Source of the DNA: Mobula hypostoma
Taxonomy: Eukaryota
Direction: 5' to 3'
NCBI RefSeq assembly: GCF_963921235.1
Contig: NC_086106.1
Location: forward strand, 22,010,001 to 22,074,000
Length of the DNA stretch: 64,000 nucleotides
Shown: piece after piece, positions 1 to 11,589 of the stretch
Layout of the letters: the number at the start of each line of letters is the position of its first letter
Numbering within the stretch: position 1 is the stretch's first letter
Translations under genes and position numbers: made by a program
The notes under the pieces: generated by a model
Databases searched by the model: none
Told to the model about the DNA's origin: nothing
The model's input: the letters and a program-made list of their open reading frames with translations, nothing else

Positions 1-499
1 TTTGTACCTGGATTGTTTTTTTTTTTGTATCTGGAGGAAGGCTTGCGAGTTATTTAGAAGTCATAAGGACGTGGATAAATTTGGTGGGCGGGGGGGGGGG
101 GTGAGTGTAAGTGTTTCTTCTTTTATGTTACTGCTAAACTGAATAAAATGGCTTCACTGTACTGTTAACTGCTGAGACAATGGTTCTTTATGGCAGTATG
201 TTTGGATTATAATTAGTGATAACGGGACATGTATTCATTTGTTAACCGATTAGGATAGATTTTTGTTTTCTTTCTGTCTGTGTAAAAACTATTAGTTGCG
301 CGGTCTTTGGGGAGACGGCGCGAAGAGGATGAACAGAGAAGAGGTGGCTTGAGAAGACGGCTGCGGGACCCGCAGGTCCTGGGCTCTGGGCGGGAGCTCA
401 GGGATCGACTACGAGTGAAGGAGGATCAGCGACAGGGAATCCGTGAGCTCCAACGTTTGTGCACTGGACATGCTTATGAGATTATTGGCGCCTGTTATT

Positions 500-960
500 T
501 GTTTTTTTTTATTTTGTTGTTCTCTGCTAACCCGATACTTAAATTGGGACTACTCCCTGCAGCTCTCATCCATCACTGCCTCATTCTCCCTTATGAGTCG
601 AAGGTCATCCAGTTGCTGCTCTAGATTCCTCACACGGTCTTGCAGATCGCCCAGCCGCGTGCACTTCTGGCAGATGTGACTCTGCGGCACAGAGTAGTTC
701 CCCCAAGACTGCCACATCTCACATGGCAGGAACTTCTCCGTCTCAGGAGGCATTGATAAGACTGTCTGGAAACAAGCTTGTCTTCCTCCTCTTCTCGTCG
801 AAGCCTCTCGGCTCAAAGCCCCCAAAGTTCCACTCCTTCACTGACCCACTCACTCTATGGCCACTTTCCACATGCCGCTTAGCTTGCGCTACGCCTCTAT
901 TTATTTGCCTGAGCTTTTCAAACTGCTTGGTCACCTGACCTCTATTGCGGTACATGCGTT
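500..960 (-). mobile_element. CR1 LINE 5' fragment (ORF1 N-terminal CxxC zinc finger plus coiled coil)
   Basis: Minus ORF 550-825: CEMWQSW...HICQKCTRLGDLQDRVRNLEQQLDDLRLIRENE. The same motif recurs near 1450, 14080, 41370 and 62930. Boundaries approximate. Confidence 0.75.
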
Positions 961-1099
961 ATGCATTACCTTATTATACGTCTCTTGTTCGAGCACAACA
1001 CTTTAATAGTGAAGAAAAGAGATTGTCCTGATCATGTTATTTTATTTATTTATTTATTTATTTATTTTTTAATGTCCTTTTCTTTGTGCTAATAAGTCC

Positions 1100-2080
1100 G
1101 GCGTCCGAATAAGCAGCGGGAGCAACGCACGGAGGAGTAAATGAATGTACAGAAGGGACAAACGGAGCGTCCATTATTGGGAGTGGAACAGAGGTAAGAA
1201 TAAAAGTGTTAGGCTTTGGTTCACATGAGGCTTTGGTTCAGAAGAGTAAGTGGCTTTGCGTAAGGGGTCCGGGAAATTTCTGTTAAGTTTCCCAGTGTTC
1301 TCACTGTGTAAGGGGAATTTAGTATAGTTTAATTGGCGGTTGTGTTCTTCATGTCGGATGACGTAGACATGGGAATACAGAGGCTCCCTGGAATCTGACA
1401 CAAAGTGAATCGCGTCGATATGCATTTCGTTGAAGACCACGTCAGAGATCTGAAACAGCAGCTGGATGATCTTAGCTTGAATGGGAGAATGTGGAGATTA
1501 TCGATCGGTCTGACAGAGAAGTGGTATCTCCTAAGATGTAGCACACGTGTGGCTGTGTCACTGTCAAGTGAAGGAATGGGACGGTGAATAGACAGTTTGC
1601 GCAGAACAGCCCTTCGGATATTCTCCTCAGTAATAAATATACAATTTGGATACTGTCGCGATGGGTTACCTCCCAAGCGACTGCCGCGGAGTACAGATTA
1701 CTGGCACTGAACATGAAACATGCCGCAGAATGGAAGGAGGGACGAGAGGGGATTTGTAGAGATTGAACAGTAGCCAGTAAAACACACAGGAGATTCCATG
1801 AACGTGAACGGCACATCGGATGGTAAGCTACCTTCCAGATGCCAGGGGCAGGGAAGTTGCCGATCGTGTCCACAGCATTTTGGAGGACGAATAATAGCAA
1901 CCACATGTGTTGGTACATATTGGTACTAATGACAAAGAAGGGAAAGCATGACGTTCCTGAGGAGGGAATATATAGAGATAGGCTAAGAACCAAAACATCC
2001 AAGGTTGTCATTTTAGGATTGCGGTATGAGCAACGAACCAGTGAGTGCAGAAATAGGATAATTTGACCGGTCAATGAGGT
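1100..2080 (+). mobile_element. CR1 LINE 5' fragment (degenerate ORF1: zinc finger, coiled coil, start of SGNH-esterase-like domain)
   Basis: Plus strand DHVRDLKQQLDDL (1405-1587), followed by 'gtacatattggtactaatgac' (VHIGTND-like esterase motif) near 1912. Many frameshifts. Confidence 0.65.
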
Positions 2081-2084
2081 CATC

Positions 2085-4330
2085 CAGCTATAACAAATAC
2101 CTCATGCAAGTTCCTACCCCCAGGTCTTTTCCATGACCCGCAAGAATGTTGCAGGAGCTTCCAAGATTCCTCTGGGCATCCTTTCGGAAAGGGAAAATCC
2201 CAGGGGCATATAAATGCCTTTTTCACTTTGTCGGACTCACTCATTGGTATCTGGTGATATCCACTCCTCAAGTGCAGCGCACTGAACAATTTCGAACCAC
2301 TCAGTCAGACCAACGCACCTTCAATCCTTGAGGCAGGATTCTCGGGACAGTCCTATAGCCGAGAGCCATCCGTACCTCCCCCTTCTTCTTTAGGGCTGCT
2401 TATTTTCGGGACGCATAGGGGCTACGGGAATCGGTGATGATTCCACCTGCCTTCAACTTACACAAATGCTGTCAAAAGTCCTCCACCTCTGAAGGGGCCT
2501 GTCTCCGCGACCATTATCTGAATTGTGTATCTTCATTCACCGGGATAGTGTGATGCGTGCTCTTGGAGCAACCCACATCAAACTCGTCAGTGGACAAGGC
2601 AACTTCCAGCTTCAACTTCTTCTCTCCAAGCCTCCCCTTCCAAACTGGAATAACCGAGGAATCCCGGAAGTAGAACGACTCAGCAGTCAACTTTCCCCCT
2701 TTTCCAATAGTTTTCCACCGGGTGTCTCACAGATTCACTAGACATTACTGACACCGGGAACAAATGCGCCAGGGGCATCCCCCACTTAAAGGTGACCTCC
2801 TGCTTCGTAGTGGCTGGAAGGAAACCTCTCCTCTTTGTAGTAGCCTCACCAGTACCACAACAAGAAATCCCGACTCCCCCTCGTGGTCTTCCGGAGCGTC
2901 TTCTAAGAGGGCTTCGCATCACTCTCACCACTTCCCCGTGCGTACCACCATTGGCTTCGACCTGGTGAACAACACAGCCCCCGGTTTAAATTCAGTATAT
3001 GGCCCAATGCTGCAACGCGCTTTCTCAAAAGCAACTCGAAAGTCCGGGTGCACGGACCTAGTGCCCAGAAAGCTCTCACCAGTCGTCTCCTCGCCGGGCC
3101 CCATCAGCCTCTTCAGAGCAGGGGCGTTGGTCTCCACCAGAATTGAAACGCCGCCCTTCTTAATAGGGTCCGGAAAAAGCAGCAACAATGTTTCAGGGAC
3201 CTCAAACACTCCCACATCGGTCTACGGAAACTCCAACTTCACAAAAAATAAATAAGTACATAAATAAAAAGAATAAATATAACAGTCGCATGGATAATCA
3301 CTGGCACTAAACCCCACATCTCCAGTGTCCTGAATGGTTGCAATGGTAAGTGTTTCAGATACCGGTTATAAATCGAATGATACAACAACGTTATCTGCGA
3401 CCCGCTGTCGAGTTTGGATTTAGCATAAGTACCCTCGATTCGGAGCCGCATACTGGAGTATGGACCCGCTAAGCCTTCAGAAATTGGGTATTTCGCTTTC
3501 GGGGATTCCTTGGTACATTGCTGGGAACGGGCTTCCCCAAAGACACCAGCCCGTTCCCTCACTGCGTCTCCTCTAGTTTTTCTCAACGCCTCTCCCTGCT
3601 GAGGTACCAGGGTGCTCACTCTCCTTCTGGCGTGACACCTGCTGCCAGCAGGCTATGCATTGTTCGTCCCTTGGGGAGTCCGCCCCCCACCCCCATCTGC
3701 TTCATCATATGGGGGGTGTGGGGTTACACCCGCTGATCACAGCCGACATATCTCCGTTCTGAGCTCTGCCAAAATCTCCTCTACTGCTTTCCGGATAGGC
3801 TATATGTGGTCACTTCACCGGAGTGGACTACCAACGCGACTCTACCCCAAGCAATCTGGTTATTAGACTGGGTGCCCCTGTCTATCTGGTCCATTCTGAA
3901 CTGATCCACCTCCGCCACCTGAATCACCCACTGCGCTGCAAGCAATTTAGCTGCCTCTGTAGCCGAAAAATTAAAGCAGGAAGCTTCACCACTTCTCCTG
4001 ACGCATGTTATGAAACCCCTTCATGAGCTCCATTGGGATTGTAAGTAGGTCAAAAACACTGCCCGGTGTTTGCTGATAATCGACAGCTGTCGTAACGAGA
4101 GATTTCAACCTGGTAACTCTCACAACGTCATTCAAACGTTCAATCAATCTCTGCCGCTTTTCATCATCAGAGCACTTCCACTCATGTAACGACTGAGTGA
4201 TCCTCCACGCCCAAGTCTGATACTCCTCCTCCCTTTTAGAAGTGGGCGTTATTCCAGAGCTGCCAAAGCTGGGACTTTGAATCTTATTTTTCCATTTATG
4301 CGCCAGAGAGGTAAGGGCCGATACTAACAG
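2085..4330 (-). mobile_element. Gypsy (Ty3) LTR retrotransposon internal remnant: PNMA-like gag, aspartic protease, N-terminal RT
   Basis: Gag EEEYQTWAWRITQSLHEWKCSDDEKRQRLIERL (3986-4402). Protease LRIEGTYAKSKLDSGSQITLLY (3239-3619). RT FSALHLRSGYHQIPMSESDKVKKAFICP (2080-2289). No LTR identified. Confidence 0.85.
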
Positions 4331-4740
4331 AGAACATAGAATAGTAGAGCACAGTATAGGCCCTTCAGCCCATAATGTTGTGCCGACCCTCAAACCCTGC
4401 ATCCCATATAAGCCCCCACCTTAAATTCCTCCATATACCTGTCTAGTAGTCTCTTATACTGCACTAGTGTATGTGCCTCCACCACTGACTCGGGCAGTGC
4501 ATTCCACGCACCAACCACTCTCTGAGTAAAATAATCTTCCTCTAATATCCCCCTTGAACTTCCCACCCCTTACCTTAAAGCCGTGTCCTCTTGTATTCAG
4601 CAGTGGTGCCCTGGGGAATAGGTGCTGGCTATCCACACTATCTATTCCTCTTAGTATCTTGTACACCTCTATCATGTCTCCTCTCATCCTGCTTCTCCAA
4701 AGAGTAAAGTCCTAGCTCCCTTAATCTCTGATCATAATGC
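4331..4740 (-). mobile_element. CR1 LINE 3' end fragment
   Basis: MRGDMIEVYKILRGIDSVDSQHLFPRAPLLNTRGHGFKVRGGKFKGDIRG (ORF2 C-terminus), ending in the tail 'agaacatagaatagtagagcacag' as read on the plus strand. Confidence 0.85.
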
Positions 4741-5639
4741 ATACTCAGAATTTTCACTCTGCTCTGGGGGACGTGGACTATTGAGAAATTCTAAATCTGA
4801 CCACTCTTTCCCATCAGTCTTCAGAAACAAGAGAACTCTGTCTTTGAAATCTCCTACCACAGCAATTGCTACCTCAGCGCTTGTCTGCATTAAAACGATA
4901 GCTGCGCCAGCCATATTTATCAAACCTCCCCCTACAACCGCAACTTCAACAGTAATTAACAATCGAATTAACATTTCATTCGAAGTACAAATATCTGCCC
5001 CACAGCTTCATTGCTTATGGTAATCACGCAGCATCAAAAAGAGTCAGTCCCCGAACGTAGCCCCACAATTGTAAGTCCCGCTTCGGCTAGCGGCGTAATA
5101 TAGAGGGTGATAGACCCGGCCAGACAAGTGTAACAAAGGTTGTTTGGTTGGATGCAGCTCGATATGTTCTATGTTACAGGTCAGAACCCCGAAATAACTA
5201 ACAGAACATAATATGCGCTTAAACGATTAAGCTCTATAAATCTTCCTTTGATGATATGGTTAGTCAAGAAAAAAAGAAGGAAAACAAATGGCCCAAAATT
5301 ATCAAACAGTTGTTGCGCCTTGTTGGAGTTCACTGATAAGCCGATCATTCGCCATTGAACTCTTCCGATCATTGCTGCTTTTCGAACCCTCGCTTCCAGT
5401 CCACCCCGTCCGGCGGTCTACGAACTCCGCCTTCGCGACTTCCTCATCTCTCCCCGGCGAAAGACCGCGAAAATCTGTCTTGCAGCTCACAGAAATGAAC
5501 AACAGCATTCCAAACCCCGTTATCTCTCGTCATAACCCAGGGATTGCTGCTACAGAGAAATCATTACATTATTAGTGAAAACGTACAGCACGTTACTCAA
5601 CAGTGAAACTCTACAGCATGTTACATACAGATTATTAGG

Positions 5640-6530
5640 TATGATTTTGCAGTTAGCACTGAATCGTAATTGAGGTATGGTTGTTATTGAGAGCTGAATG
5701 CGCTAAGTTACACATTATATATGAAAGTTACGAAGGTAGACACACGAAGTGGCGGAGCTCTGCTGCTAAAGAATGGCATCAAATCACAAGTAAGATGTTG
5801 CATTGGACTGGAATTGTGGAATCCTTATGGGTTGAGTTAAGAAACTGCAAGTGTAAAAGGACCGTGATGTCAATTATATACAGCCCTACAAAGTGCAGCT
5901 GAGCTACGGTGCACAGATTAAAACGGAACTAGAAAATGTGTGTCTAAACGGTAATGGTAAGATTATCATGGGACATATTGATATGCATATAAATTAAAAA
6001 AAAACAGATTGGTATTGGATGTCAAGGGAATGATTGTTTTTCAATGCCTACGAGATGTCGTTTTAGAACAGCTTGCGTTTCAGGCTATGGGGCATCGACT
6101 ATACTAGTTTGTTCGTTACCTAATAAACGGAGTTTCAGGTAAATGAACCCTTTCGAGTCGTAGTAATGATTGTGATTGTATTCAACTTGAAATTTGATAT
6201 GGAGAAAGGAAAGTCTGATGTGTCAGTATTTCAGTGGAGTAAAGGAATTTGCTATGGTATGACAGAGGATTTAGCCAAAGTAACCTGGAAGTAACTTGCA
6301 GACAGCGATAACAGCAAAACAGCAATCGCTCGAGTTTCTGGGCAAAATGACGAATATGCAGATTCAAGTTATTCGAAAAACAAATAAATTCTCAAATAAC
6401 AGAATCGTTTATCCCTGGTTAACAAGAGTAGTAACAGCTGACGAAAAACAAAAAGCAAAAGAGAGTGCATACAACGAAGCAAAAATAATAGGCCATTCGA
6501 CGATGTGGCAACATTGCAATAGAAACGTTT
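5640..6530 (+). mobile_element. Degenerate CR1 endonuclease-region remnant
   Basis: VESLWVELRNCK...IIYSP (5681-5902) matches the CR1 APE motif (VESIWVELHN..G...VVYRPP) seen intact at 54782-55264. Confidence 0.65.
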
Positions 6531-7329
6531 CATGACAGAGCACCATATACAATATACATCCTGAATTTATTTCTTTTTCGCAAACATCCACGAGAACAGA
6601 TCAGTGCCCCCAAATAATGAATGACAGATACATATTAGAAACCCATCCACCGCCGCTGTCACCTGCCACACTCATAAGCAGCAGTAAAGGAAAGCAATGA
6701 CCCCCACACCTCCCCCAACAGAATAGAAGCATCTGCACCCTTCACCAACACTCAGCGTGCAGCAAAGCATCAATAAAGACACAGACTTGCAGTACCTCAA
6801 AGAATACTCATTCACCCGTTTCACTCTTTTTTTCCTTCCGATCTCTGTGCCCAAAGAACTCGGGTCTCTGGCCACATAACCGCAATTAGTTCGTGCTTTC
6901 AATCTTCCATGTACTTCCACGACAGATCAGGCGGCGGCACCGGCCTCTAATCTGTTCGCCTCCAGAGCCACGAAAAATCGGCACCTTGAAGGCGCGCTAA
7001 TCTTCAAGGCCGCGTCCTCAGCATATCAAACAGCGGTTGTCGTGAGGCCCTGATAACATGTCCTATTTCCTCAAAGAAAAGAATTCAGCGTGTATCTTCA
7101 GGTCAGGGTCTTCTGAAGAACCCTGAGAAAAGGGACAGGGAGCAACTGAAAGAATCATTAGAGGGGAAAATATGAAATATGAAAGGAAGCTAGAAAGCAA
7201 TATCAAGGTCTATAGAAAAAAAAAACATCTTCAAGTCTGAAATATGAAAGATAAATGACAGTGGATCTAGCACAGGTTGTATACGGGCCACATAATCGAT
7301 AACGGTAGAATTCGAGGCAATATGAACTA

Positions 7330-8120
7330 TGTAAGTTGGTATGCACCAATCTTCAGTGTGAAACAAGCTCGCTGGGCGTAGTTTTTGAAGGGTGTGAGGG
7401 AAGAGAATTAAGAACAGTTACTGTGCCAAGGGAGAATGTGCTCAAACTGCCGAAATACCTCAACCTGCATACCTCAAGTGGACCAGATGAAATGGACTGT
7501 GGAATTGTTCCAGCGGACTCGGAACTTTCAGATGTCACTCGACTCTTTTATGAAATAGAGAGGCAACAGTCAAGATATTTTACCCAGATGTCCTGACCAT
7601 ACTTGTTGGGAAGATGTTTTAATCAATTGTTAAAGATGAGCTTCTGGAGTACTTGGTAACACAGTACGTGACAAAGTCCGCATGGTTTCCTTTTTGGAGG
7701 AGTTTATAAGTGCGATGGATAAAGGGGATAATAAGGTGCCACAAAGGAAGCTGCTTCCTAAATTAAGAGGCCATGGTATTACTGACCATTTACTAGCATT
7801 GTTTAGGCATTGGCTGAATTGTAGATGGCATTAAGTGGGAATAAAATGATAATTTTCTCTTTGGATGCCTGCGGCTAGTGATGTTAAGCAGTGGTTGGTG
7901 TTTGTGCCCTGCTTTTACTATTGTATAGTAATGCTTTTGAGGGTGCCATAGATGGCTGTGTTGCTAGCTTTGCAGACGATACTAATACTGGTGGAGGGGC
8001 AGATACAGTTGGGGAAATAGGAAGAATGCAGAAGTACGCAGAGATTAGGACAATGGACAAGCAAGTCCCAAATGAAATATGATGCTGGAATATGTGTGGC
8101 CATGCACTTTCGTAGAATAA
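7330..8120 (+). mobile_element. Degenerate CR1 RT remnant
   Basis: VLKLPKYLNLHTSSGPDEM (compare KVDKSPGPD) and VASFADDTNTGG (FADDTK motif). Confidence 0.65.
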
Positions 8121-11100
8121 TTAAAAGTGCAGAGGGACAGCTGGAAGACCCGGAGTCCTGAGTCCACGGACCGGACCGCGAAACTGAACATGGAGTTCAC
8201 AGACCGTACCATGACAAAACCAATAAATAATCATTCGGGTCATGTCTCTTTTTTTTTGCTATTGCACATTACAGAACTTTTCAGGAGAGGCATGTTACAA
8301 TGTAAGCATCCTTAGTTTGTTTATCAGAAAGCTTGTGCGGTATCATTTCGAAAAACAGCGACCACAGTGTTACAAACCACAGCAAGGTTCGGGACGGCGG
8401 TCAAAGCGCTCGGTAGAGGGCTGATTTAGGAAGGTCCTGGTGTTCCTGACTCCTGTGTGTTTGTAATCTGTACGATGGCAGAGAGATCAGTAGCCATTTT
8501 CCATTGCTTCACTTCTCGCCTACAGACCCTATCTCTCTGCTGTCCCAGATCAGATCAAACGTCGTGTACAGTGTGTTCATCAATCCAATATGAGCACACC
8601 ATAAGGGCTACGAGCGAACTTCGTTGCAGGAAGACCAGAGACCTTGTCAACGCAAACATACTAAAAAATCAGTACAGATATTGCGCAGAGCAATTGCCAT
8701 GATCCTGTAGAAGTTGGATCTATCATAATACACAGAAGAGCTCGGTGTCAGTTTTACCGGACAAGTAATGACAACGACGAGCAAGCAGCGGAAGTACACC
8801 TAGATGTACGGAGTAATGCAGAACATTGAAAATCCGCTGCGAATGAAATTATTCCAAATCGAATAAAAGTCATGATTTGAAAGAATGCTTAAAATCCCAG
8901 TGATACCAAAGGAGAAACCTACAAAGCAAGTTGAAAAACAGAGCTCGCCCAAATGCAAACAGTGACATGAAATGCAAACAATCTCAAGAGCACTTCATAG
9001 CACTAAGTGAATTTTAGAAGGAGTCCACATAGTAGGAGGCAAAAAAAAAACGGTTTTATTTCATACTTGATCTCGTTGTGACGATTTTCCAAATCTCTAC
9101 AACGCCACATCACAGAATACCTCTGAGTTGCCCGAAGATGCTTGCCATTGGAAAAAAAAAATAGTGCGCTTGGATTTATCTATTGATCGTGTTTTATCAG
9201 GTTGAGTTGCGATAAAATATAGACAGTAATTTAGTGATACTCTCCAATAAATAGGAAGATTCAAACTACCGTAATCGACAAAGGTGAGGTTCACCACTGA
9301 AGTCGCCACTGCATTTCCAGCCTCTTAAATCGCTGTACTTGCCCAGAATGAGTGTCAATTCTCCGATCTCCAACTCCCATCAGCATTGCTTTCTCCTTCA
9401 TGAACGCCAAGCCACCTCCCCCCTCCCCAACACCTCCCCCTCCCACATTTGTGTAGAACGGAATCCGTGACGACACAATGGACAGACATTGATTTCCAAC
9501 TTATAATTGTAAACTGAGATTTTTTTTTTTTTTTTTGTTCATGATGGACCTCTTGAATCTGTACACAAATATATTTCAGAGCACTGGCCCTCTCAGGAAT
9601 ATGTGGAAACAATAAATTAAATGTGACTGCATGCCGTACTTTTAACTCGATATTGGCGCTGATGCTTTACAATAGCTCAGAAAAACTGAAGGTTTTGTTG
9701 CTATTATCGTTTTTTTTTTTTTTCGTTCTCAGTGTCTGAGGCATCTGACTTAATTGTCAACAGTAATCATCCAGTACTGATGGATAGTGGACAGCTTGAT
9801 ACAACTTCTTAATGACCAAAAATGTCATCATGCTTGGAACTGAAGGACCAAGATTTGCAGACACGAAATCTAAAAGGCAATGTTCAACATTATATTTACT
9901 CTTTTTTACTATCATTTTTCGCTTCGGTTCTGATTGTTCGAATGATGTTGTCAATGAGCTGCACGTACTATGGTTATCTGTAGTTTCCAAGAAAATAATC
10001 AATGACACGCTTGCATGTCTTCCATGCAACCATCTGCGACACGACTAGGAATTCGTCGAATTGCCTGCCATTGTCAAATTGCTTGATTTCTGGTCCACAG
10101 AACAAGCCTTATCTATTCGTGGCATCTGTTATTCTGACAGAAAACATGAACTGAAATAACAAATATACAGAGGCAAATTTAACGACGTGAACATTCCAGG
10201 GATAAACAACCAACCAAATTCTATAAGGGATGGAGGGGAGTGGAACGTCGAATCAGACCATGAGAGGCCTGCGTCAGGCATTTTCATGCCTTACAAGGCA
10301 CACATTGGAAGTCGGTGTGGGGCGCCACTCCTCGCATAGACGGTAGAGCAATGTGTGGTTAACTGCCCTGCTCAAGAATACAAACACACTGCCACAGCTG
10401 AGGCTCGAGCAAGAGAGTTTCAGATCACTAGTCGAACGCCTTGCCCACTTGGACACATGTCAAAAACAATTCTATGATATGTACACAAAATCGTTCAGAA
10501 AGCAAAGTCTTTGCTCAGCCGTGTTTTCTGTCTTTGCGAAAGAGACGGAAGCACTCTAAATCTATAACTCTGCACGTATGTTCATGGGGATTTTAAATGT
10601 TTCGTTTATAGTCACTGATGTGAGGGAAAACCTTTGTTCCTTCATGTTACATGTTCATTGTTTTGATCCATGCTACTCCAGTCTGAAGACAAGTTGTAAT
10701 CCCAAGAATGACTTACAAATGATGTTTTGTCTCAGTGAAGTTCACTTCCATCTTCGATACTTTAATCGCTATTTACCTTCGGTGTTTCACAATATCACCC
10801 GAGGCTACTCTTAATCTCTTCATATACAGTCCTCGCATTGGCCGATATATTCCATTTCAAATGAATAAACGGATACAGTCAGAAACTGACGCGACATGAT
10901 ATCATAACTTACTGTGGTTTGCTGTCGATTGAGTCGGGTGATAGCAGAAGCAGTGCACTATGTACTGTATATTATTCATTATATGTACTGTACTGAGCAG
11001 TAATTAAACACATACCTTTCAACATATGGAAACGTGTACGTCTCTATTTCTGCTTAATTTTATTATTAGACCATTTCTGAGCACTATTAAAAAAGGAATC

Positions 11101-11589
11101 ACATAGAATAACGATGATAAGGGGAGAAATTGTCTTCCATTATTTTATCCTTGTCAGTTTCCTCCTGGTGCTGTCGCGAAATGTTGTAAATTTTCTACCT
11201 GTGCAAATTGCAGCAATAAATTTGACAACATATCTGTCACAGGAATAAATCCAATTGCAATAACGGAAAAGTAGCTACAAAGAAAGCAGATAGTCGTTGA
11301 TGCCTTTCGTTTCCCGAAAATATCCATGATGTTATGCTACCCCTGAATGTGGAACAGAATGAAATGTTGTTGGTAATTAATGTAACAATATGACATGTTT
11401 CTTCTGTTGTACCGCGCTTGGAGCAGAAGAACCAGAATTATTATCAGTTATTCCTTACATCCTTACAACCCCTTTTCACAGAGGTATAGGAACAGAGAAG
11501 AAATACAGCAAAATACAGAGCCTTCAGCTAACAATGCCTTTCCGAACATGTACCTATTTTCGAAATTTCCAAGTTTACACATAGCCTTC

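Noticed and set aside
8363-8369. Perfect heptamer CACAGTG preceded by a weak 'AVYF'-like stretch
   Set aside because: No nonamer at 12 or 23 nt on either strand, and the upstream sequence is repeat-like rather than V-like.
9250-9295. RKIQTTVIDKG followed by gtgagg, resembling the end of an IgH CH exon with a TM splice donor
   Set aside because: An in-frame stop lies a few codons upstream and there is no C-domain Cys or Trp pattern.
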